A stretch of DNA of 64,000 bases from a bacterium. GTDB lineage: Bacteria; Zhuqueibacterota; Zhuqueibacteria; Residuimicrobiales; Krinioviventaceae. Position 1 is the first letter of the stretch. The number at the start of each line of letters is the position of its first letter. The notes under the pieces are model-generated. The model saw nothing but the letters and a program-made list of their open reading frames with translations. It was not told where the DNA came from and did not search any database. Where the stretch lies: positions 256,001-320,000 of the forward strand of contig CAXXMD010000002.1 of the NCBI GenBank assembly GCA_963675755.2, in the 5' to 3' direction. This document shows, one piece after another, positions 20,227 through 30,786 of this stretch. A program made the translations under genes and the position numbers.

Positions 20227-21261
20227 ATGAAAAGAAGAGACTTTATTAAAACATCTTTGTTAACTTCTGTTTCACTTGGCTTGGTGAACCAGATTGCTTT
20301 TGGCAAGATTGAAGATTTTTACATTCAAGCTAAAGGAAAGATTGTTACTGTAACAGGATTAATTGAACCAAAGCAAGTTGGTAATCTCTTGCCACATGAA
20401 CACGTTATGTCTATCTTTGGTGGTGATGCTGCAGAAAAAGCTGAATATGACAAGAATAAACTGTTCAATGCAGTCATACCTTATCTTGAAAAAGTCAAGG
20501 CTACAGGTAGTAACGCTTTAGCAGATTGCACAACTGCTTATTTTGGCAGGGATCCTGAATTGTTAAAGCAAATCTCTGAACGTACAGGATTTTATTTACT
20601 CACCAATACCGGTTATTACGGCGCGGCAAATGATCGATATGTACCCAAACATGCATTGAAAGAGAATGCTGATGAACTTGCAAGACGCTGGTTAATCGAA
20701 TGGGAGCATGGAATTGCAGATACCGGCATTCATCCCGGATTTATCAAGATTGGCGTCGATAATGGCCCCTTGTCTGAAATTGATAAAAAGCTGGTTACCG
20801 CAGCTGCCAAGACACATGTAAAAAGTGGTTTAACCTTGTCAATCCATACAGGCGATAATCCCGAGGCAGCACTTGAGCAAATTGAGATTTTAAAACAAGA
20901 GGGTGTTCATCCATCAGCGTGGATCTGGGTACATGCGCATAATGTTAAAGACAAGCAAACTGTTCTCGAGGCAGCAAAAGCCGGAGCCTGGATAGAGTTT
21001 GACAGCTTGCAGCCGGATAATGTAGAACTGCATCTGGAGTGGATTCAATTTATGATTAACAATGGGTATATAAATCAGATATTGCTTTCTCACGATGGAA
21101 ATTCATTCAAGTATGGTGACAGACCTATGAAAACCTATCACCATTTACATGAATTACTTGTACCCATGATGAAGCAAACAGGTTTGGGTAATGAAGAGAT
21201 TAATCGGATAATTACACAAAATCCGCAAAGAGCGTTTACCGTTCAGAAACGGTTGATATAA
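20227..21261 (+). CDS. Tat-exported phosphotriesterase-family amidohydrolase
   Basis: KRRDFIK Tat motif; HEH, FIKIG, IHTG, VHAH, SHDG metal ligands. Confidence 0.88.
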   Translation: MKRRDFIKTSLLTSVSLGLVNQIAFGKIEDFYIQAKGKIVTVTGLIEPKQVGNLLPHEHVMSIFGGDAAEKAEYDKNKLFNAVIPYLEKVKATGSNALADCTTAYFGRDPELLKQISERTGFYLLTNTGYYGAANDRYVPKHALKENADELARRWLIEWEHGIADTGIHPGFIKIGVDNGPLSEIDKKLVTAAAKTHVKSGLTLSIHTGDNPEAALEQIEILKQEGVHPSAWIWVHAHNVKDKQTVLEAAKAGAWIEFDSLQPDNVELHLEWIQFMINNGYINQILLSHDGNSFKYGDRPMKTYHHLHELLVPMMKQTGLGNEEINRIITQNPQRAFTVQKRLI

Positions 21262-21290
21262 AAAAAGCCCGGTTTAACCGGGCTTTTTTA
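21259..21290. terminator. Bidirectional intrinsic terminator
   Basis: TAAAAAAAGCCCGGTT/AACCGGGCTTTTTTA between convergent genes. Confidence 0.9.
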
Positions 21291-23885
21291 TTATATCGTT
21301 ACTTTTTCTATCGTTATTTTTTCGGGTTTTTCTATTATCAATTCTATTACTGTATCTCCATTTTCTGTCTGCAAACTTCCGGATTCAGCAGCTCCTGTTA
21401 TTTTGTATGCTCCCAGTGATTGCGGCCAATAGATGTTTATTGTACCAGGAGCTCCGGATTCTATCATCATTGTCGTATCGTTCAGGATCTGAATATCTTT
21501 TAGCCAGCAAGTAGATCGACCAATGTATGCGCCAAAGTCATTGTTTCCTAATACAAATGCGTTTCTTGCAACATCCGGTTCTGTGAAATCAAATGTAAAT
21601 TCAAGATTGCTGTTTCCAGTTTGTGTTTCACCAAAAATACCGGGAACATGGTATGCATGCCCAATAACACCCAGAAAACTTTTTGTTTTAAAATATTGCG
21701 TTTGATAAGTTTCTGATGTTATGCTGCCGCTGAAAGCAATGACCTGACCCTGGGCTGAGAGAGAGTCTATCTGTTCATAGACTTCAGGAGATGAACCAAT
21801 GCTGCCGGTTTCTGTAGGTCTTACCGAAGATGCGGTTTTGGCTATTCTTTTATAAGTGTTAAAATGAAGCTTGCAAAAATCACGTTCTTCCGGTGACAGT
21901 TCAGAAAGATCGCCCCAAATACCATGACCACCCAGTATAGCAGTTGATAAATTATAATGTTGTGCTTTAAAAGGTGAACCATTGTGTGGATATACAGCAT
22001 ATGTCTGTAAAACAGGAGGGATGATGCTGTTATATTCATATGGAATTGTTCGCATGGATTTGGATCTATACTGACTCAGATCGTCATATCCTGAAGCGCC
22101 ATTATTCATCCAGAAATACCGGCCTTCATTGAAAAATTCCAGGCCAATATTACGACCTTTTTCGGTTACATCGTATACAATAATTAATCCCGGTTTGTAA
22201 TCGGTTAATGCTTTGGCAATACGTGTAACACTGTTTATAAGCTCAAATCCATAACGTTCTGCACGTTCTTGTGGGGAATCATTAGGGCCACCATGATGGT
22301 GATTGGCAGCATAGCAAAGTTGGCCATCTAAACCATCCCATTTAAAATATGTACAACCAAGATCAATTAGTTTTTTTGATTTTTCTATAAAATAAGGTTC
22401 AAAATCACTAACAAGACAGGCCATGTCTCGTCCCCAGCTAGCTTTGGGAATTGCACCGGTACTGTCTATTGCCATAAATTCAGGGTGTTTTTCAAATGTT
22501 TCGGATTCTTTGTGAACACAAAATGGGGCCATCCATAATCCCAGACGCATTCCGTATCCATCCAGTTTTTCTTTAATGGGTCCCAATTTTTTATCATAAT
22601 GACGTTTATCTACATTCCAGTCACCCATCCAGTCAAACCAGCCATCATCAATAACAAATACATCCACACCACATTCATGTGCAAAATCTATCTCTTTGAG
22701 TAAACGATCTTCATCGCGTAATACATCGCGAGGAGAAAAATACTTTCTGGGGCCACCGCTGCCTTTGATATTGTAATAATTTGCAGGATCATAAACTGTA
22801 GCGTCTCCATAAATATCAGTACCAATTTTCTTTTCCCGTAAATCGGCAAAATTTATAAATTCGCGTTGGTCATCTCGCTGCCAACCCCAGGTGTTATAAT
22901 AGATCATGGGAGTTCGGGTAGCTGATTTTTCACTTTGCCAGTTGTAGAGATAATTCCAAATGAGTTTTTTACCTGTTTCATAATCCGAATTGTTATAACA
23001 TCCTGTCAAAACCCAAACTGTTTGCAGAGGGTGTTGGGGAGAAAAAGTTTCATGTTCAGTAAACGTACCCCGAAGTGCAGTCAAACCTGTTTGGGTAGCA
23101 TTATTCAACAATAATCCTGTAGAGATATTGATAAAATCACGAGTTGTGTCATTGTCTGGTGATCCATGCTCATATGCCATTACCCAACCAGAGTTGTTTT
23201 CATTTTTTGCTAACAAGATAGGACCTTTAAAAGATCCTGCACCTGATTGCTCATGTACCAGTTCTGCCGGATGATACATATGGCATTGAGACAGGTTTGA
23301 ACCCGAAGCATTGCCAGAATTCCAATCTCTATCAAGAGGAAATGCATCAATGTTCGCGCCCTGTAATTGTTCGCGATTCCAAGATGCTAACCGGATCTCA
23401 AGTAATTCTGTCGCTTTCTCTAGGTTATATATGGGAAAAACATACTGAATGTTTTCTGCAACGTTTTGCATTGTAAAAGGTACTTTGCGTGGTCTTAGTA
23501 TAAAACGTTCCCGGGTTAATGAACAACCAGGAAAAATTTGAACAAGATAATGGATGATAATATCATTATGTTCCAACCGTATATCCACTTCTTTTCCACC
23601 ATGTCCCAATTCACGAATTGCATGAGATTGATAGCCGGCTGAATTCAAAGTATCGTTGTTTATTACAAATTTAAACCAGGTATTATTTGGTGCGGTTATT
23701 AAATTTTGCTCAATATCTTTATGATAAAATGATGTCGGGTAGAATGTATCCAAAGTATTGTAATCCCGTTTTATAACATCATTTTCAATAGAGAGCACAT
23801 TGTTTTCAAATATGATTTGAATTTCTTCAGCAGCACTCATGGATGCAAATAACATAATACAAAAGAGTAAGACCAGATTTTTCAT
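21291..23885 (-). CDS. Secreted alpha-galactosidase-like glycoside hydrolase (GH36/clan D)
   Basis: Signal peptide, YNTW, FVIDDGWF, GLWMAP, YFKWD nucleophile motif. Confidence 0.8.
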   Translation of the reverse strand: MKNLVLLFCIMLFASMSAAEEIQIIFENNVLSIENDVIKRDYNTLDTFYPTSFYHKDIEQNLITAPNNTWFKFVINNDTLNSAGYQSHAIRELGHGGKEVDIRLEHNDIIIHYLVQIFPGCSLTRERFILRPRKVPFTMQNVAENIQYVFPIYNLEKATELLEIRLASWNREQLQGANIDAFPLDRDWNSGNASGSNLSQCHMYHPAELVHEQSGAGSFKGPILLAKNENNSGWVMAYEHGSPDNDTTRDFINISTGLLLNNATQTGLTALRGTFTEHETFSPQHPLQTVWVLTGCYNNSDYETGKKLIWNYLYNWQSEKSATRTPMIYYNTWGWQRDDQREFINFADLREKKIGTDIYGDATVYDPANYYNIKGSGGPRKYFSPRDVLRDEDRLLKEIDFAHECGVDVFVIDDGWFDWMGDWNVDKRHYDKKLGPIKEKLDGYGMRLGLWMAPFCVHKESETFEKHPEFMAIDSTGAIPKASWGRDMACLVSDFEPYFIEKSKKLIDLGCTYFKWDGLDGQLCYAANHHHGGPNDSPQERAERYGFELINSVTRIAKALTDYKPGLIIVYDVTEKGRNIGLEFFNEGRYFWMNNGASGYDDLSQYRSKSMRTIPYEYNSIIPPVLQTYAVYPHNGSPFKAQHYNLSTAILGGHGIWGDLSELSPEERDFCKLHFNTYKRIAKTASSVRPTETGSIGSSPEVYEQIDSLSAQGQVIAFSGSITSETYQTQYFKTKSFLGVIGHAYHVPGIFGETQTGNSNLEFTFDFTEPDVARNAFVLGNNDFGAYIGRSTCWLKDIQILNDTTMMIESGAPGTINIYWPQSLGAYKITGAAESGSLQTENGDTVIELIIEKPEKITIEKVTI

Positions 23886-23897
23886 ATTTCCTCTTTA

Positions 23898-25691
23898 CTA
23901 TTTGATCAGTAACATTTTTCGTTTAAAATTATATGTATCTGTATTTAGTTGATAATAATAAATTCCGCTGGGCCAGGCTTGGGCTTGCAATGTTGTATTG
24001 TACGCACCTGCTGCCTGAAATTGATTAACAAGTATTGCTAAAAGTTCTCCTCGTATATTATAAACTGACAAATTGACCTTTGATGCTTGGGCCAAAGTGT
24101 AACGAATTGTGGTAACAGGATTAAAAGGATTGGGGTAATTTTGAAACAATTGAAATTTATCAGGTGATTGATCTTGATTGTTAACAGATACTGGAAAAGT
24201 AGTAATGATTGCATTTTGAATTGTTTTGGTTGTTTCACCACCGGGCCCTTTGACTGTCAGAGATATATCAAATGAATCAGCGCTTGTATAAATGTGTGAT
24301 GGACTTTTTGCGGTACTTTGAGTTCCATCTCCAAAATCCCAATTCCAACTTTCAATATTTCCGGTAGACAAATCCGTGAATTGCACTGTTAATGGAACTA
24401 GACCTGTGGAAGGTGAGAACTCGAAATCCGGAACAGGTGGTGAAGTAACGGTAGTGATATAATCTGTTTTTGTAGTGGTGTTGATTCCTGCCGTTCCTGC
24501 AACCGTTAGTGAAACCGTAAATGTATCTACTTTATCATATACATGTTCAGGATGTTGAGCTTCGCTTGTTGTGCCATCACCAAAGTCCCAATACCATGCA
24601 TTTATATTGCCATTTGATTGGTCTGTAAATTGTACAGATAGAGGGGCAATACCTGTTTTGGGTATAGCGTCAAATTCTGCAACAGGTAAGGGATCTTGAA
24701 CGATAATATAATTTTCTCGTATAAGCATATCTGTACCCAATTCACCATTTACTGTTAAGCGAACAGAGTAGGTATCTGGTTGAATATATGTGTGAACAGG
24801 ACTTTTCTTAATACCGGCTTCTCCATCACCAAAATCCCAGGAATATTCATCTATGTCACCTGAGGATTGATTTATAAATTGAACTGCAAGTGGTGCAAAA
24901 CCGATCCGGGGTTCAGCTACAAAATAGGCGGCAGGTGGACCTTCATTAACAGTGATGTAACTATATTTGATATTCTGCTTGTTACCACCGGGGCCCGTTG
25001 CATCAAGAGATACAGTAAACGTACCTGTTTCCCTGTAGGTATGCATTGGATTGGTTTCTGAACTTGTACTATCATCACCAAAATTCCAAAGTAAATCGGT
25101 AACTATGCCTGAAAGTTGACTGATAAAGTGTATGGTAAGAGGTGCGCTGCCATTCAAAGTATCTGCACTAAAATCAACAATCGGAAGCATAAAAGGTAAT
25201 ACATCAATTAAAACAACATAATGACTTTTGGCATTTACTGCTCCTGCGGCACGGTTACCACCTAATATCAATGTATCCGGAAGGCTTGACATTTTCCAAA
25301 CATTTAATGTATTAGCATCATCAGAAACACCAAGCGTCAATTCAGTTAATGTAAACGAATCAGATAACCAATTGGGAACAGAGCTTGCTCTGCTGTCAAA
25401 GCCTATATAGATATCTGCATCATCCAACAAAACCAGTTGAAGGTAATCGTTTGTTTGATTATCAGCATTATCATTTGAAGGAACAATCCAAAGCAGGCTG
25501 TCGAGCTCGCCAGGTATTTCAGTTATAGTATAATCACGATCACTATAATACATATTACCGGTTTCAAGTAAAGTTGTATTATAATTTTCCGGTGCTAGTA
25601 TCTGAACAGCTTGTTCTATTGGGTACTGGGCATAAAGATAGAAAGGCATTACTGCAAATAATAGCGAAAATATCAGAGTCCGGTTTTTCAT
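23898..25691 (-). CDS. Secreted PKD-repeat protein with T9SS/Por-type C-terminal tail
   Basis: Signal peptide, uncharacterised N-domain, four W.FGD PKD repeats, QNYPNPFNP..SGIYYY..KMLLIK tail. Confidence 0.88.
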   Translation of the reverse strand: MKNRTLIFSLLFAVMPFYLYAQYPIEQAVQILAPENYNTTLLETGNMYYSDRDYTITEIPGELDSLLWIVPSNDNADNQTNDYLQLVLLDDADIYIGFDSRASSVPNWLSDSFTLTELTLGVSDDANTLNVWKMSSLPDTLILGGNRAAGAVNAKSHYVVLIDVLPFMLPIVDFSADTLNGSAPLTIHFISQLSGIVTDLLWNFGDDSTSSETNPMHTYRETGTFTVSLDATGPGGNKQNIKYSYITVNEGPPAAYFVAEPRIGFAPLAVQFINQSSGDIDEYSWDFGDGEAGIKKSPVHTYIQPDTYSVRLTVNGELGTDMLIRENYIIVQDPLPVAEFDAIPKTGIAPLSVQFTDQSNGNINAWYWDFGDGTTSEAQHPEHVYDKVDTFTVSLTVAGTAGINTTTKTDYITTVTSPPVPDFEFSPSTGLVPLTVQFTDLSTGNIESWNWDFGDGTQSTAKSPSHIYTSADSFDISLTVKGPGGETTKTIQNAIITTFPVSVNNQDQSPDKFQLFQNYPNPFNPVTTIRYTLAQASKVNLSVYNIRGELLAILVNQFQAAGAYNTTLQAQAWPSGIYYYQLNTDTYNFKRKMLLIK

Positions 25692-25795
25692 GAATACAAG
25701 ATAAATGTTAGTTTTTAAACATACTTAATAATAGTTATCCTAATCGATCAATTCAAGTACTTAATTGTAAACTGATTGAATATGTAGGTATATAA

Positions 25796-27073
25796 TTAAT
25801 AGGTTGCCAGGACGTCCAGCATAAACTTGATGACGGTTATGTTTTGAATAGCCATAATAATTATGAAAATTGAAGAGATTACAATTGAAGCTATCCTGAA
25901 TTTGGATTTTAATCTGAAAATACCTGCAAAAAGAATGATCTCTGACAATATCCAGTGTTGAGAATACAAAAATAATTCTTTGCCATAAACAGAATGAAAT
26001 ATCCAGTTGAAAATTAATACGAGTAATGCTGCCAGTAACAGAAATTGAGAATTGGGGTCCCGGAATAATACCAGCATACCAATCATCATCATTAATAATA
26101 AAATGACCCGGATAATTATCAAAGGATTGATATTATCTTGCATGGAGAATGTGATGTCATATTTAGCATCGGGATTGTATGCTAAAGCACCGCTGTTATA
26201 GTCGATATCCGGTTCAGGGGTTACAAACGCATTGGTCAATGTTTGGGTGAATTCCTGAAATTTGTTACTAGCTTCTGAAAAAGTATGGGCGATAAATAGT
26301 TCGTGTTTTGTGCCATCCAGAATAGATTTTTCTTTGGGAAGAATGAATGTGTTCACCAATAGCGCATATCCCATATTAAAAATCAGGATGAAAATAGCCA
26401 TATAGGTTGTAAATTTTAAAGCAGTTTTAAAACTATAACGAATTTGATAGACCACCAATCCCCATAATATCATTACGACAGCAATATTAGACAAGGTTAT
26501 TCCTGCAATCAAAGTACCTAAAATAACCCATAAAGGTGTATAAAGTTTTTCTTTTTGCAAGCTTGTTAATGCCAACAGAAACAATAAAGCCAACAAAAAT
26601 CCGGTTATAGCAAAATGTTCAGGCATACTGTTAAACATCAGCCTGCTAAAACTCAACATTTCAAGCAGACATAGTATTACCGTAGAGAGAATATCGAATC
26701 CCCATTTATAAAAAAAGATAAAGAGAATAAGCGTTTTTAATGCTCCTAAAACTGGTAAAAGAAAAATGATAATATCTCTTCTAATATCATTGGGGTGTGT
26801 TTTTATCAATCCACTATGATAGAGAACAGAAGCCAATGCTCTAATAGGTGGATGTACAAAATTTGACAAATTAGGATGAACCCATTCATGACCACCCGGA
26901 CCCAAACCGTATTGAAAATTTTTTAATCTAAAACTCGGATCGGCATCAAACATAACATTGTGTTGAGAAAAAACCTGTAAATGGTCTAATTTTTTTTCAA
27001 GATAATAATTGATGAAAAAACTGCAAACAACAAGTATCATAATGTTTGCAAAAATAAGCCATTTGTCTTTCAT
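25796..27073 (-). CDS. Polytopic membrane protein of unknown function (possibly DUF6080/GT-C-like)
   Basis: About 10 TM with loop motifs FDAD, HP, PEHF, ELFLYSQHW; family call is tentative. Confidence 0.55.
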   Translation of the reverse strand: MKDKWLIFANIMILVVCSFFINYYLEKKLDHLQVFSQHNVMFDADPSFRLKNFQYGLGPGGHEWVHPNLSNFVHPPIRALASVLYHSGLIKTHPNDIRRDIIIFLLPVLGALKTLILFIFFYKWGFDILSTVILCLLEMLSFSRLMFNSMPEHFAITGFLLALLFLLALTSLQKEKLYTPLWVILGTLIAGITLSNIAVVMILWGLVVYQIRYSFKTALKFTTYMAIFILIFNMGYALLVNTFILPKEKSILDGTKHELFIAHTFSEASNKFQEFTQTLTNAFVTPEPDIDYNSGALAYNPDAKYDITFSMQDNINPLIIIRVILLLMMMIGMLVLFRDPNSQFLLLAALLVLIFNWIFHSVYGKELFLYSQHWILSEIILFAGIFRLKSKFRIASIVISSIFIIIMAIQNITVIKFMLDVLATY

Positions 27074-27302
27074 TTATTCAACCCGATAGTTTTAAGTTAG
27101 AATTATTATATTATATGAAAAAAAAATTAATATGCATAGTAAAATAATCTTGAAAATAACACCAGAAATGATTTTGTAACTGGTATTGTTGTAGTAACAT
27201 ATAAAAAAATGAATCCGGAATGTGTAAATTTTTCTGCTTTGCTTTTTTTATTCATAATAAATGATTACATTTATTGTTTGGTAAAAATGGAAAGGATTTT
27301 TT

Positions 27303-30149
27303 TTGTTACAACCAATTAAAACAGGACAGCGCTGGATTAGTGAAATGGAACCCGAATTGGGTTTAGGACTTGTGATAAAGCTGGAACATAGAAGAGCTTA
27401 TATTGAGTTTGAAGCAGGTGAATGCGTAAGGATTTATGCAATTGAAACTGCACCCATCAAACGTGTAGAATTTACCGTTGGAGACACTCTAAAAACCCGC
27501 GATGACGATGAATTTACTGTTGAAAAAGTTGACGATCAGGATGGATTACTGATTTATAGCGGTAATGGATTTGAGATTGTTGAATCTGATCTGAGTCCGC
27601 ATATCAGTTTTACCACACCTGAAAATCGCATGTCTGCCGGGCATGTTGATCCGAATGGATTGTTCAATCTACGCTGGGAAGCTCTGCAAACCCGTTATAA
27701 TATCCTCAAATCTCCGGTTAGGGGATTTGTTGGTGGTCGTATAGATTTAATTCCACATCAACTTTATATAGCGCATGAGATTTCTGAACGAAAAATTCCA
27801 CGTGCACTTTTGGCTGATGAAGTTGGTTTGGGTAAGACCATTGAAGCTTGTTTAATCATGCATCGTTTATTGGTTAGTGGGCGAATAAACCGCGTGTTGA
27901 TACTTGTACCCGAGGTTTTGATATATCAATGGTTTGTTGAATTGCTCCGTCGATTTAATTTAATGTTTAGAATTATCGATGAAGATTTTATGATGGATCT
28001 GGAAGAAGAACATCCGGATTCCAATCCCTTTGAAAATGAAGCTTTGGTTTTATGTAGCAGTGATTTCTTTGAATATGAACCGGACAGGTTTGAACAGGCA
28101 ATGCAAGCTGGCTGGGACCTGTTAATTGTGGATGAAGCCCATCATTTAAAAGAAGGTACGCACGAGTATGAACTGGTTCAGGGATTATCTTTGCAAACTC
28201 CTGGCTTGTTATTGCTGACAGCTACTCCTGAGCAACTGGGTCTACATGGACATTTTGAAAGATTAAGACTACTCGATCCTGCTCGATATTCGGATTATGA
28301 TGCATTTCTTAAAGAATCTGAAACATACCACAAAGTTGCAGAGTTGGGACATGTTATACTTGGAGATAAAAAAGTACCTGAAAAAACAATTAAAGAAATT
28401 GAAAAGATTTTTAGTGATGACAATTCTTTGATTCAAGTGATCCAGGATGCACTCGGTGGTGATGATAAATCAAAAAAACGGTTAATGGGACACATGCTGG
28501 ACCGTCATGGTATAGGCCGAGTCATGTTCCGTAATACGCGATCTGCTATGCCGGATTTTCCTAAAAGAGAGATTCATCCTGTTGAGTTAAAGGGAAAGAG
28601 TGATCCCGTTTTGCTTGCAAGGCTTGATAACGAGTTTTCCGGTGATACCGGAAGAATGAAGTTCAAGATTTCTTATGATTTTCAGGATGATCCACGTATT
28701 GATTGGCTTGCAGAGTTTTTGAAAAATAATCCCGATGAAAAAGTACTTTTGATATGCAGAACCCGAAGAAAAGCTCAAGCCATACATGATGCTTTGAAAA
28801 AGAAAATTGAAATCAAATCCACATTGTTTCATGAAAACATGTCTATTGTACAAAGAGACAGAAATGCGGCATGGTTTTCAGAACCTGATGGCGCGCGGTT
28901 GTTAATCAGTTCAGAGATTGGTAGTGAGGGACGGAATTTTCAGTTTTCTCATCATCTGGTTTTTGTTGATTTGCCGGTGAATCCGGAATTGTTGGAACAG
29001 CGCATTGGTCGTTTGGATCGTATTGGGCAAACTTCAACAATTCATATACATGTTTTATTTATACCTAATACGGCATATGGAATGTTGTTTGACTGGTATC
29101 GTAATGGTTTGAATGCCTTTGAAAAACATGTACCCGGAGCGAGACAAGTTTATGAAGAATTTAAAGAACCATTGTGGGAAATGTTAGGCCAGGCAAACAG
29201 CTCACCTGACCAGAAAAAATATAAACAGTTAATTAAAGATACCCATGATTTCAGTGAAAAGCTTGAGCAAAAGCTTGAGGAAGGTAGAGACCGTTTATTG
29301 GAACTCCATTCATTTCGACCTGAAGCTGCTGCGTCGCTTGTAGATTTAATTGAATCTGATGGGAAAAATACCAGTCTTGATCAATTGATGCATTTGATCT
29401 GGGAGTTTTATGGTATAAACTCGGATGATATAGATATCGATAAACGAACTTTTCGTTTGACTCCCGGTGATTTAAAGATTGATGCCTTTCCTGGATTTAA
29501 TCCCAAGGGAATGATTGTATCCTTTGATCGTGAAAAAGCAATAGAAAGGGAAGATATTGTATTCCTTAGCAATGATCATCCTATGGTACATGGAGCGCTT
29601 GATTTGGTATTAGGAAGTGAAATGGGAAACAGCACTATTGCTACTTTACAAAATAATCATGAAACCGGTATTTTACTTGAAACTATTTATGTTCTGGAAT
29701 GTCTTGCACCGCTCCGTTTACAGGTTGATCGTTTTCTTGCTCCCACACCTGTACGAGTTATGGTAGAACCGGGTGGTAAAGAAAAATCCGATGAGTTTAG
29801 TGAAAACAAAATGAAAAAGCGGTTAAAAACGCCCGTACAAGCGGGACAATTGCTTGATTCTATGCCCATTAAAACAGAATTATTACCGGACCTTTTAAAG
29901 CAAAGCAAGCATATTGCACAAGAAAAAGCTGCTCAAATAATAAAATCTGCCCTTGAGCAAACGGAACAATCTTTGGGTGATGAAATTAAAAGATTAAAGG
30001 CATTGAAACAGGTCAATGATCATGTAAGTGATGACGAAATAAACCTTGCTGAACAGGAAAAACAGGAAATTGTTGCAAGTATAAAAACCGCACGAATTCG
30101 TTTGGATGCTCTACGTTTGATTATTATTGGAGATTTTTCAAATGATTGA
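27303..30149 (+). CDS. rapA: RNA polymerase-associated SWI2/SNF2 ATPase RapA
   Basis: GQRWISEMEPELGLG, LADEVGLGKTIEA, DEAHH, SEIGSEGRNFQF, EQRIGRLDRIGQ, RLDALRLI. Confidence 0.95.
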   Translation: MLQPIKTGQRWISEMEPELGLGLVIKLEHRRAYIEFEAGECVRIYAIETAPIKRVEFTVGDTLKTRDDDEFTVEKVDDQDGLLIYSGNGFEIVESDLSPHISFTTPENRMSAGHVDPNGLFNLRWEALQTRYNILKSPVRGFVGGRIDLIPHQLYIAHEISERKIPRALLADEVGLGKTIEACLIMHRLLVSGRINRVLILVPEVLIYQWFVELLRRFNLMFRIIDEDFMMDLEEEHPDSNPFENEALVLCSSDFFEYEPDRFEQAMQAGWDLLIVDEAHHLKEGTHEYELVQGLSLQTPGLLLLTATPEQLGLHGHFERLRLLDPARYSDYDAFLKESETYHKVAELGHVILGDKKVPEKTIKEIEKIFSDDNSLIQVIQDALGGDDKSKKRLMGHMLDRHGIGRVMFRNTRSAMPDFPKREIHPVELKGKSDPVLLARLDNEFSGDTGRMKFKISYDFQDDPRIDWLAEFLKNNPDEKVLLICRTRRKAQAIHDALKKKIEIKSTLFHENMSIVQRDRNAAWFSEPDGARLLISSEIGSEGRNFQFSHHLVFVDLPVNPELLEQRIGRLDRIGQTSTIHIHVLFIPNTAYGMLFDWYRNGLNAFEKHVPGARQVYEEFKEPLWEMLGQANSSPDQKKYKQLIKDTHDFSEKLEQKLEEGRDRLLELHSFRPEAAASLVDLIESDGKNTSLDQLMHLIWEFYGINSDDIDIDKRTFRLTPGDLKIDAFPGFNPKGMIVSFDREKAIEREDIVFLSNDHPMVHGALDLVLGSEMGNSTIATLQNNHETGILLETIYVLECLAPLRLQVDRFLAPTPVRVMVEPGGKEKSDEFSENKMKKRLKTPVQAGQLLDSMPIKTELLPDLLKQSKHIAQEKAAQIIKSALEQTEQSLGDEIKRLKALKQVNDHVSDDEINLAEQEKQEIVASIKTARIRLDALRLIIIGDFSND

Positions 30150-30785
30150 TGATTTAAAAACTGGTGAAGGTATACCCAAATGGCTGGACTGGGCAAGAAG
30201 AATTCAGTCAATAGCACAAACTGGCCTGGCTTTTAATCAATCAGAATATGATATTGAACGTTTTAATCAATTGCAAAATATTGCAGCTGAAATTATAGAA
30301 GAGCATACCGATCTTGAAAAAACAGGTCTGTTTGAAAACTTTAATCTGCAAAAAGGTTACGCTACACCTAAAATTGATGTAAGGGGAGCTGTAATCAAAG
30401 ATAACCAGATTTTACTCGTGCAGGAAAAGTCAGACGAACATTGGTGTATGCCCGGAGGATGGGCGGATGTAGGAGAAGGGCCCGCTCATTCTGTTGTACG
30501 AGAGATACGTGAAGAAAGCGGTTTTGAAACACAGGTCGTCAAAGTTGTAGGTGTATATGATGCCAATAAAGTGGCAGGCAATTAGAATTGTACCATGCAT
30601 TTAAAATTGTTTTTTTGTGCGAGATTCTTGGGGGAAAAGCAACACCCAGCAATGAAACGCTTGCTGTGGAATTTTATGATTTCGATTCAATTCCTGATCT
30701 CTCTCAGAACCGGACCAACACATATCATCTTGAACATGTTTTTAAACATGTTCACAATCCAAATGAATTGACATTTTTCGATTGA
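30142..30785 (+). pseudogene. Nudix hydrolase (Nudix_N + Nudix, YjhB-like) split by a 1-nt frameshift near 30581
   Basis: IQSIAQTGL, GYATPKIDVRG, PGGWADVGE..REIREESG in one frame; YHAFKIVFLC..ETLAVEFY..TFFD in the next frame after GGC AAT TAG. Confidence 0.8.
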
Positions 30786-30786
30786 C

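Noticed and set aside
24180-25180. Repeated DNA segments suggesting an array
   Set aside because: Degenerate coding repeats of PKD domains, not CRISPR or a mobile repeat
30583-30585. TAG readthrough (pyrrolysine or stop recoding) in the Nudix gene
   Set aside because: The continuation is in a different frame, and TAG ends other intact genes here
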